This document shows positions 12,280 through 24,200 of a DNA stretch of 64,000 nt, piece by piece. Source of the stretch: Ascidiella aspersa (Eukaryota); the NCBI GenBank assembly GCA_963924565.1, contig OZ004614.1:9734001-9798000 (forward strand). Reading direction: 5' to 3'. Below the pieces are notes generated by a model, which ran no database searches, was not told where the DNA came from, and saw only the letters and a program-made list of their open reading frames with translations. Position numbers and translations under genes: made by a program. The first letter of the stretch is position 1; every line of letters starts with the position of its first letter.

Positions 12280-15200
12280 AACCCGAGCGTCTTCTCAACA
12301 GAACAGGTTTGAAAAGCACGTTTTTCTGTTTGCGATTTGTTGCTGGGAAACGGTCACGTATCTGTAGCGTTCATTGATGTGCATATAAGCTCATCAGTAC
12401 AGGCAAAACAGGGAATGAAACACGCCCAAGCCCCAACCAAAAGATATTTCAATTAAGCTGGTTTAGAAAATCGAGTTAGGCCCGCATATCTTTCAGATTC
12501 ATCTGGATTTGCGGGCTGTTTTAATTTCAACCGTCCCGGTCGTTTTTATTATCTCGACAGGGATTTTTTGACACCCAATGGGACAGCAGTGTTGGGTGAA
12601 TAAAAGCTATAGGGTATAAATAAATCGACGCGATGTATGGATTGGACAATGAACCATATTGTCTGGGAGTGTTTTTCGGTCATGATAAGTGCACACGAAG
12701 GCCATAAGTTAGGGATGGGCTTGGGGTTATAAGGGTATATTTACATAGAAAAAAAGTTAAGGTCGACAGCATATAATTTGGCGGCGTCGGGCTGCCATTG
12801 GGTCACGTAGTCTTTATTTTTATGGGGTTGAACTGAGAAGTATAAGAAGCATCACAGTTCAAAAATAAGCCGAACATCTAAACACAGGGATTAGGTAGGA
12901 AAATCATCCTCGGTAGGACAACAAACTAATTAGCCTTACAATGTTAAGCGAGACATTGGTAATTTAAGTCAATGACTTGACTAAAGTGCAATAAAGTCAC
13001 CGTTTTCAAATGATATGAATTAAGTTGTTTTGGTAAAACGACTTGACTTCATTGGAGTTTTTTTTTTCTATAAGTTACTTGACTTTGTCATTGGGCCAAG
13101 TGACTTAGGTATAAGTGTTTTCATTTAACATTTTACTATAAAATTGATCTATTTATCTCAAGTTTTGCACGTAAAACTAAGTTATTGATCTTAATCGAAT
13201 GATTTTATCAATATTCGTAATAAATTTTCTTGATGATGACTTCAAGTTTAACTAAATTGAATTTTCTAAATAAGTTGAACCCAAGTAATATATTTTTTAA
13301 CAAGCAGCAAGTAAATGAACGAAGGATGACTATAATTTCTACACAAATAGTTTCTATACTTTTCCATAGATATTGAATGGGTTTTGAGCGAGTGAATAAA
13401 AATCTTTCAGCTTTTCGCTTTTCAACAAAGGTTGGAAACCGAATTGCTGTACAGTTTGGACGGGCGATGTGTATTTGTGTTTGTTTCTGACATGTGTCAA
13501 TTTTTGCGATTAAACGTAACATATAGATAAGAACTTGTATTGCATACAGTCGAAATACCTAGGTGTAGGTTTTTTGTAGTATTAAAACTGACTTTCTGGC
13601 GATGTGTTAAAAAAAACGCAGAAATATTTAGTAAAACGGAACACCTGGCGTGGTCTTACCGGATGCGGAGCAGTATAGCCTATTACAACAGAACGCTTAG
13701 AAATTAAAACTCGAAGCAACTGTGCACGATAAAAATCTTGGCAACACAAAAGCCGAAAAAACAACTATACTAAAGAAGTGATGAAGTGGTCCGATTGCCG
13801 CAGTCAGCTATTACTCACGGTTCCAATCGATAAGATAAGATCAACATCTTCTGTGAAATGTTCACAATGTATGAAAAAGCTTCGGCTTACGATTAAGGTC
13901 TACAAAAAGTAAACTAATGTTGTAACACAATCGGTATTGAAAGTAAACAATCTAAACAGTCATTTTGGAGCTACGGAACACTTTATGTGGTTAATAATTT
14001 TGCAGGACACGAACAAAAGTTTACACCAATACCTTACAATAAACAACACAACAATTTAACGCTTTCGGGTTTTTCTAGACCTAGTGCGATACCTCCTAGG
14101 CTTGTTTGGACGGGCACAAAATTTATATTCGGGCTGTGTTGCAATCCTATTATTACGCAACGAGTCTTAGGCCCATTACTACATAACAGCAAATTAAAAA
14201 AATTACTATTGGAATTATAGTGGATAATTAGTTTCATAAATTAAAGTCCATTTTTTTTATAAACCAGTGACCGACGATATATTACGGAACACCTGACGAT
14301 ATTTTACGGAACATGCGGAACAGCGGTTGAAAATCACTGGGTATTGGTCTCGATCCGATATTATCGTACGTACTGTTAGTTACAATGCTAATAGTTCGTA
14401 AAACTTAGAATGACACCGTTCAAAGTGAATCACCCTTTGAGGCCATCTCAAAACCTAAAGAGGATACACCGATTTCCGTTATTTCGAATAAACCCCACAC
14501 CCCCAAGAAACTTTTGTTACAAAAGAAGTAACATTAAACATTTCTCTGCATTGCAGGCTAGCGCCATCGAGGGATTGAGCTTTGCGCGTGTTATTTGCGA
14601 CAACTCTGGGGTGGATCGGGTCCAGACCGACGTGTTCAGACGGGTTGAATATCCGCGCGACTTCGTCAATTGTGACGCAATAACGGCGCTTGACCTGAAT
14701 TTGTGGAGGGAAAGCCCCGAAGGTGAGTTTCGCTCGTCCAGTTTACATACATAGTAGAGACAAAAACTGCTCCCAAAGTGATTTGCCGAATAGTAGCGTA
14801 TTTTAAGTTTTCCTTAACTTATATTTTTTTTAAATACAAGTGCTTAATCTTAACTCCAATATAATTCGATGTGGTATGTCTATTTTTTTAACTATCTTTG
14901 TTTGATAATTTGAAAGCATTACAAGCCTTGGGCATTTTTAAATGTCTGAGAAAATTAAGTTCTCTGGTGCCACCTTGTATTGAATTAAAGTAACTATATC
15001 TATCATTAGGGCATGTGAAAATGGGGGTGCTAAGACGGTCACAAAATATCAACCCTAAAGTCAACTTATCTAACTCTTTTTGCAGCGGTGATGAAAGTAT
15101 ATTAATATTTGCTGATCCATCGTAGCGGCAAAAACAAGTTTTTTTTATGTATACCAAGTGATAGTATTGTTCTGGTCCAATATTAGGGCAGTATTGGTTT

Positions 15201-18200
15201 CAATTGAATATCAAATTAACATGGAATTTTAGCAATGAGTTGCAAACCACTTAGTTATTTCTACATTGAATTGTAAATTTTTAAAACAATTGTAGATTAA
15301 CAACTGGCGGTAACTGGACATTTTAGGGCTAATACAAATTTTGGCCTATATTACCCAAAAAAAAATCACTTGAACGTTTTAATTGCATCTATTTTGCTTG
15401 TTGATAATAGTAACGACGTCATTTGGTATCGGATCGGATCGCCATATTTTTTGTCCTCAATATCGAACATCGGTATCGGAATAAAATGGTATCCGACATC
15501 TCTAACTAATCCTTAATGTTTTACTATACAACGGTAAAACAGCAATCGCCAGTAGAAAAATACGACCAACAAACGTTTGAGTTATGGCTGTGTTTTCTCG
15601 CAGTTGGGTCGTGTGGTCGCCCCAAGGACATCGATTACGGAAGCTGGAAGAGATGTAGGATAACAAAGGTGGCCTACTATTGTGGGCGAGGCTTCAAGAT
15701 TTCCGGGGAAGCCGAAATCGAATGCGTCGGCAGTTCTTTCAACGCTGATCCACCCATTTGCAAAGGTAAGAATTGTTACTGTCAGCAATGTGATGGGAAA
15801 AATTAAGTCAGGATACGCACTATTGGAGACAACTGCTACAAAAGTATAACTTGAAAACAGCTCTTTTTGTCAATCTGAAGTTTTTTAGGCAATTAGAAAT
15901 GACCAAGTATAGTGTATGCAATTTAAGACATCAGCCGACAAATTTTTGTTTGGTTGGCTACTTTAGTCGACACAATATAGTGCATTATTTCCTACAAACT
16001 ACAGTAGCCTATAATCGATATAACTTAGGCTTCTATTTTATTCATGCTACAACTTAAGAAATGTAGCAGGAAATGTAGATTTATTAGTCGGTTTGGCGTA
16101 AAATGTGATTATAGTTCTTACTTGCTGTGTGATGGAAGTATTTATGTTTTACTATTTTAGCTACAAATCGAGTTAAAATGGGGTGTTTTTAAATTTTAAA
16201 GTTAATATAGATTTATGCTTTGAGAAACGTCTCTGCGTGGGTTACTAAATTTAAGCAAATAATTTAGTTTTGAAAAAAAAAATTAAACGTAAAAAAATAT
16301 GTCTGGTTACGCAGGGCTAAGCACTTTTGCTTTTTAACAGATGAAAACGAATGCATGGTCAATAATGGCGGTTGTGAAGAGGCCTGCACCAACTCTGTAG
16401 GAAGCTACACATGTGCCTGTTCGGAGGGAAAAACACTAAATGAAGACGGCATAAGCTGCAAAATGGCGCCTGCTGCCGATGACATCACAGAGGTAGGCCC
16501 AATTGTATTGAGCGTAGTGAAGTTGCCTATCACCGGTGAAATTGCCACTAAACTAAACTTTTACAAATAATTTGTCCGACGAAACTGGTATGGGCGGAAC
16601 AATCAACATTGCACTTTTAACGAAAATTGTTTTTCTTGTTTAATAAGATTAATAACAGGGAATATCGTTTAAAAAAAAAAATAAAATAAAGCTAAACTGA
16701 TACTCAATTTGAAATTGCAACGCATTAGGTCGATTATTGGGGTAACTCCGTTTCATTTCGAAGAATTCTTTAGGAAAAGCATCGCCATGTGCACCAAATA
16801 GGCAAAAATACCTTTAAAAGTAGCAAAAAATAATCCTGCTATCTTCTTTTTTGTTTCGCAGCACCCTGGTAGCCACATCGAGGCAATTGCTACTGGTACT
16901 GTCCTTGGAATCGCACTGCTGGTTTTACTGATAGCGTCAGGTGTGCTGCTCTCGAAATACACGTGAGTAAAGTGTTGTGAAAAGCATGAGTTCTTACTTA
17001 ATGTGTATAGAACAGTAAGCTCGGACCAAAAGCAATAGGTATTTTATTTTATAGGCCGTAACAAATTAGCCTATAACGTCCGTTTTACCTACTGTTCTTT
17101 GGGGTCAAAGTTTACACGCTTATTCGCATGATTCGCAGCTATTTAATTAGGTCAAATTTCCAATTAACGTTTGTACAATTACAGTGTTGTAAACAATTTA
17201 TTTTCCAATGTCGGAAGTCCCAGTCATGACTTTTGTAAAATAATTGTCTGAAGTCAAGTAGTTTTGATTAAATAGCCTAACAAGTGAAGTCAAGAACACC
17301 TACCATATATCTGCCACATGAAAAAAAATGTATATTTGAGAAAAAACATGCCACACATAGAGTATGGGGTTATAACAATTTTTTTTTAACTTTTGAACGA
17401 ATAACCGCCTTAATGCCTTGGGTTTAAGGAGTTTATAACCTAAATAGCTGAAATTATAGAAAAATACCCGATCAAGAGGATTTGATTCTACACTTACTGA
17501 ACCACGCATCTAAAACAATTTTGAATGCTTGCAGAACTGCAAAGGCCATGGCAAAATCTGCATCGGGATACCACGATGAGAAGAGTGCTGACGGCAAAGT
17601 GTACGTCAATAAAGCAGCCGAGGAAATGTAGAATCGATACTTAGTTTTCATCGCCCTCTTTGACACCTCGAACACTTCACAGCCATGTTACTTCACGCTT
17701 TTCATACGCGACGTACAGAACCCTACTTATTGAAACCTTTGTTTTATCCGTAAAAAGCCCTTTTTGACAGGCCATACAGACATAAGAGCTGACAGGTGAA
17801 AACAGGTAGACCGCCATAAAGTTTGCTTTTAGTTGGAATAAATCGTTTTTGTTGTTGCAATTTACTGAATTGAGTTAAACGTTCCGGCGGTGCTTACTGG
17901 GTCCTCCTAAATAGACTTGGACAACTAGATAATTCTAGTTTTCTAATTCAATAAATTAAAGCGAAATGCGACTAATTCAAATAAAAAATGATTAATTTAA
18001 AGGCAAAAAGCGACTAATTCTACATCTAGTTGTCCAAGTCTGCGTCCTAATAACCTCAGGGTTCTGCCTTTACTCTTCAATACAAACCCCTGCGACGTTG
18101 TTCTTCCAAACGTACTTTCCAAATGCAACTGCGAAAACTTTTTTAACGAAAGTGCCTTTTGAATAACAAATATAAATGTATTTTCTTCTTAGTGAAAAGC

Positions 18201-21200
18201 ATAAAAATGTGATTTTGTTCGTGGACGAGCTTATATCAGAATGTCGAGTAATGCATTGTATATATATTAAAGACATTTCTTACCTGTGAGGCATGGATGG
18301 TAAAAGCATTCTCTGCTATTTGAAAAGGCACGACAAATAAATAGATTTTTGGGAGGTAGGTTAAATGCATAAATAAAAAAACAACTTTTCACTTTACTAA
18401 TGTGTAAGATGTGCATTATAACTTTGGGAGAAATCAAGATGTAAAATGCGTTGGTGATAGCAATAAAAAAAAAAAAATTTGCAAAATGAAAATTGTACAA
18501 AATGGTGTGCAACTGTGCATATATAACTCGAAACATGTGCAAACCACATAAACAAAAGTAAAAATGCTACATACTAAATTTAACAACCCACTGCGATTTA
18601 AGCAACAGAAGATAGTGCAAGCAAAATAAAGAAGTGCAAATGGAACAAAAACATATTATAAAATAAACGAGAAAGTGCAATGGTGTTCCATACAACTCTA
18701 AAATAGACGTAGTCCATGACATAAAAACACATACAATGCGATTTGTCAGATTTGCGTATAAACAGTAAACAGTGAGTAGGTCAACTTGCAATAAAAAACA
18801 CACCAACTTGAAAGAACTAAATCAAAAATCTAAATCAACGTAATGTAAAAAATGCACTGCTACCAAATACGCTCTATCTTGAAGAAAGCTGGGTTGCTAT
18901 GGGGCTTAAAAATATGAGTTTACCCCTTCATAAAAATAGATGAGGCTAAAAATAGAAATCGAACAAAGACCCAAGGCGAATTTATGATCCAAGTTGAAGC
19001 TTTCCTGTCCACGAGAATAGAGATCCTGTTTTCAGGCCCTGTTTAACAAAAGAAGACTTGTAAAATATCGTATATGTTTTGATTTTTCGTTCTTTCGTTT
19101 TTTTTTAATCTTTTTGCTGCAAAATAAAACATCGCCACGTGCAAAAAAAGATGAATTTTACATCACCGGCGAAATATTTTCTCGCATTTTTTACTAGGTA
19201 GGACGAATTTACTAAAATTATACAACAATTGCAAAATGGGTTCTAAACTGGATGCCTTAGGGTATGTAGTCTAGCTTTAGGGGGGTCCACGAATGCCTAA
19301 TGGAAACCGTAGTGTATAATTAAACAATGTAATGATTTTTTTTAAATAAAATACTAGTAGTTAAAAATACGCTTTAGCCTCTTCTTGAATGTATTAAGAC
19401 TTAATTTCACTTTCGATTTACGCATGAGTTACATCGGAAACAGCAATAACTTTGCCTTATGACACCATCACTGAAAAATTACATGACAACCTTGGTCAAG
19501 CGAACCAAAATTAATTGTAGGGCAGGGGTCCGCAATCCCAAAATAAAAGTTCTAAAGTCGTGCGACCAAAATATTTCGCGAGTTGTTTTTAGTTTAAACG
19601 TTTGCCTATGACTGTTTATTTGTAGCGACTTTTCTCAAAACTTTGAGCTTTGTCCATATTGTAAATACTCAACAGGAATTGCGTTTTAAGCAAAAATTCA
19701 TTTATATATATCAAGTTTACATCTACATTTAAAAAAATAAAAAGTGTTACGTCTCTAGGGCGCTACAACGAAAGAGCTAAAAATATTTTTTCATAGTAAA
19801 TAAAACATAATAAGAAGCAAAATCGGATTAGCGCCAAGCAAAAAGTTTAAATTTAGATAGTTAATATTGGCAACAATTAGTTCCAAGGATACGAATCAAA
19901 CATTGACAAAAACGAAGCTAGCTATGTCTAATATTTTTCAGTGTATTATCAAATTCATAAATTTTAAGATTTTTGCGATCCAAAGTGAACCTTATATCGA
20001 CCCACTTTTTACGGACCCCTGTTTTAAGAACCCTTGATCTACAAGATGATGGAGTATTATTTATTAAACCAAAAAGTGTAACTGGGAGATTAGGACCAAA
20101 GCAAGCTTATTAATACTTCCTATGTACTCGTAGGCAGGGGACAATTTTGCTTTTTACATTCAAGGAAAGCCAAAAAATAAATAACGAATAGCTTTTTGTT
20201 TGAAACAGGAGTTAAACATTCTATCGTGAGCGATTTTTCTCCTTTTTTTCTCTTAACTGATTTTTATACTAAACTCTTAATAAGCCGCGCAAAAAACACG
20301 GAATTGCCGACCATAGCTTTGGGCAAGCTACTTAACACAAATACCAGGCTAGAACTTGTTTTTTTTTGCTGGTATCTTGACTTACTTGAAGTTTCTGACC
20401 ACAAACCAACGTTCACTCTCGTCCTCTCCAGGCTGCGAATAGCACCTCTGCTTTCTCAGACGCTTTTCGGCCGACACCGACTGTTCCATGATCTATATAT
20501 GAGCAAAACAAAAACGGGTCTGGAAACAAGACTTGGACGACCAGATTTATTTTGGGAACACAATGCAATATGCACGGATCTGTAATATAGCTTGGTAATA
20601 AATTACAAAGTCCAAAAAGGTCGAGTAGATCGACATCATCTTAATTACTGTATAGGACGTTTCGATACAACCTTTTATCCTCTTGAGTTAATTGTGACTG
20701 AGAAGCAATTAAAGTATGGCTTAAAAAAATAGGGACGCAATTGTTAGAAGATATAAAAGTGGGACGCAATTGTTCGATTTATTTTACTTTTTAAAATAAG
20801 ATTAGAATTTAAATCGTAATTCATTTTATGTTTTAATTTGATTAGAACTAGAATTATATATTATCATAATCACAATCCAGTTGATTTAAATCGCAATTTA
20901 TTCTCTTAAGAATCGAATTGGCAAATATTCTCGTGCAATATTTTATAAGTTTTTTCCCGACTAAATATTATTATTTCGAATTCTATGTTTCGACTAAGCG
21001 ACAAAAATTGCCGTTGGACAAAGCAGCATTTTTGATTGTCGAATTAGATAAGAACTCGAATTAGAGTACACAAGCAACATAGAACGTAGATTAAATTAAA
21101 GTTAGCCGCATTTTGCTCAAATTCATTGAATTAGAAAACTAGAATTAGCTAGTTGTCCAAATCTGGTTGGAGCGCTTGGTGTTTTTTTTCCCGAAAAGTG

Positions 21201-21292
21201 AGCCTGCGACTTGGGGTGCATGATTCTACCGATAACGATACGTGGTCGTTTTAACGACACCCGATTTCAAATATCGGAAATAAAAATCAGAA
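12280..21292. repeat. ~9-kb direct tandem duplication, unit 2
   Basis: Begins aacccgagcgtcttctcaacagaacag, matching 3327-3353. Ends ...atatcggaaataaaaatc, matching the end of unit 1. Confidence 0.97.
14557..17631 (+). CDS. Duplicated TPO-like C-terminal module (peroxidase C-term, Sushi, EGF, TM, tail); alternative 3' end or gene fragment
   Basis: Exons 14557-14722, 15604-15765, 16341-16492, 16862-16962, 17535-17631(TAG). Same lengths as the first copy, all AG/GT sites intact, no stops or frameshifts. It has no 5' exons of its own. Confidence 0.75.
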
Positions 21293-24200
21293 GAAAACAC
21301 AGAGATAATCCAATCAACGACTCACCAGAACCATCTTGGCCCACTGTCTTTGCCATTCCCACCGCGTTTCGGCAATCTTGTTGAAGGTTCTTCCCATCAT
21401 GGCGATGAGCACGTTAATGAGAAGGATGGTCACGAACACCATGTATATCACGAACAGTGTCTGTGAAGCAACGTGATGTGTTAGTGAGGCTTGTGATAAA
21501 CATGGAATATACGGTGATCTAGAGTCCTGCTGAAGTGTTACTGACCAACGATTGTGACATACCAGCGTCGTAATGACTTAAGTCAATAATTTTACTTAAG
21601 TCACTGTTTATTAAAACGACTAGGCTTGATTTAATTATTTTGAACTAGTGATTTGGCTTGGACTTAGTCATTCAGTCAAAAAACTTTGGTTGAAACTGAC
21701 TTGGGTAAAACGTAAAAGTATTTTCTAAACATTTCTTCCTAGGTTATTTATCTCAATTTTTGCAACAATTTGTTAGCAAAATATTACGTTTTGTCATTTA
21801 TCGTTGAGGTACCGCTCATATTCCAATGATGTTACCAAATCTAAAAGTTAGCCGTTTATTTTCAATTCATTGACTGGATTGAAATTGACTTGCACTATAA
21901 ATGACTTGGGCTGCAACTTGACTTGGGCAACATTTTGCTTGGACTGGGACTTAACTTGTTGTTGTTTTTTGCAAAATACCTGGACTTTTGTTAATTTACC
22001 GTGTGAGTAAAGCTAAATCGAACACAGCGAAAAGAGGGGAAATAATAGTATAAAATAAATCTTCACACAATTATATCATTTACTTATCTAAAGTTAAAAA
22101 AACGTGCTAAAAAGCCATTTTTCGTACAAAACAGCCTAACAAATGTTGTTGAAATTTGACATTTGTACCATGACTACTCACTTTTTTACTGTACAACAGG
22201 TTTAGCTATTCAATTGCAAAGTAATGCAAAAACAGTAGAAAAAAATTTTTTTCAGGGGGAGGATAATTTTTTATTTTAGCCTAAATCTGAATTTTCAAAT
22301 TGACGTAGCACGGTCAATACTGAACTAAACGTGCTCAGATTTGTTTTGTGGTTTTTTTAGACGCAACCTAACAATTGAAAATTTGACAAAAGAGTGTATT
22401 TTGAACAACCCTAATAAAGATCTGTATAGATTCCTCATAAAGCGTTATTTTTTGCTCTTTCCTACGACTGCATATATTGATTTTGTTAAAAATTACTCGG
22501 CAAACTTGACTGATAACAGTTTGGTACTAATACAGCAGTTATAACACTTCTAATTTAAAAGGTGATATTCTCTTGCCGTATTGACCTAATAATAGGCGCT
22601 ATTTCACTTGAAGGATAAATTAGTCTTAAAAAGCGGTTTAAAGGGTTCAAGCGGTATAAAATAGGTTGAGAACCACTTCGGATAAAAAAGCAAACAAACT
22701 AACAAAAAATGTAATAGCCCAACCTTGGCTGCGGCTGGATGACGCGCATTGTCGAAGTCGGCGTACAAATCACCAAACTCCCCCAACGTAATGACGAACA
22801 TGCCAAGGATGGAAAGCGCAGGGTGCGAAAACAGGTCGTGGGTCGTTCCACGAAAGCAGATAAACATCGCTGCAACACAGGGATCGAAATGATTCGAGCA
22901 TAATGACCATAGTAAGATTTAGAACATAACAATATTGGGCCAGATCTAATTATATTTTCTGTAAGGCATTGTTGTAATGACTTAATTCACTGTTTTTAAA
23001 TGACTTGACTTGACTTGACTTAAGTCTTTTAGGCAAAATACCTTTACTTGACTTAGGTATTTTTGACAAATTACCCGACTTGACTTGACATAAGTCTCTT
23101 GTACAAATGACTTGGGTTAAAGTCAATGATTTCATCAAGCAAGTTTTTATAATATTGGGTTAATTAATTTGCTTGCTTTATATATATATTGCGTGTATTC
23201 ATTTTTTATTGCTCTTAATCGCCGATGACTTAGACTTGGACTTAAGTTATTTTACGAATGACTTAAGTAATTTCAAAATGACTTATTTACAACACTGATG
23301 TAAGGTGAGATAAGGTTATTGAGAATATCCAGAATATTAGTTTTTTAGCCATGAAAACAGTGGCCCGGGTAACATAGAATCAACAATTCGTTTGGGGAGA
23401 GTTCGGTTTTAGAAAAAAGTAGTTAATTTTTTATTTAGTAATAGCCAAAAAAACAGGAGGAGGGGGCAAAACGACAATAGGGACAACATCGAAGTACACC
23501 CAATGGAGATAAATACCGAAAAATTGTACCAATTGCGAATCAGTTTATCAACTAGCACCTCGAAAAATTCACCTTGTGAAAATCCCAGCAGGAAAATGGC
23601 GTAGATCATAAGAAATCGCAAGAGGTCGCCCGAGATCATGTTGTACACGGCGACGATGAAAGGACCCAGTAACTTGAAGCCTCTAGGAGAGAAGACATAG
23701 TAGAGTGATTTCATATCAAATCACCCAATTTGAATCACATTTCTGATCTGACCCTTAGTTTATTTAATGTGATTCACACAGCAGCTTACGAATGAGAAAA
23801 TACCTATAAGTTGTAAATTTTATAAAAAATCGGTCAAATACTTCCGGAGATATCGCACTTTAAGATAGGAATGATTTCGTCAGTGGTTGGCGCTAGAAAC
23901 TTTGTGTTTTTGATAATATCCTATGATTAGGGATATTCGACAATCGATAATATCGAAACGGTGTCGATACCCGATGCTAAAGTATCGGTATTTGTTCGAT
24001 ACTAGGCTGATATCGGTTGCTATCCTCTACCAAATTAATGTAGGGATTTTAGCTTTTATTTGCGATTCAACGGAGTGGTTTCTAACTTAAAAAGTTCATT
24101 TCACCAAAAATAGTAAAGTGACAATCAAAGGTAACGGTGATCAACACTAACCAACTTTTCGCCTAATAATCTGAAAATCATTACCTTCGCTCGTTTTACG

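Noticed and set aside
18920-19040. Possible extra terminal TRPV exon
   Set aside because: One candidate acceptor gives an almost immediate stop, and the other gives a peptide with no recognisable similarity and is mutated in unit 1. It cannot be supported without transcripts.
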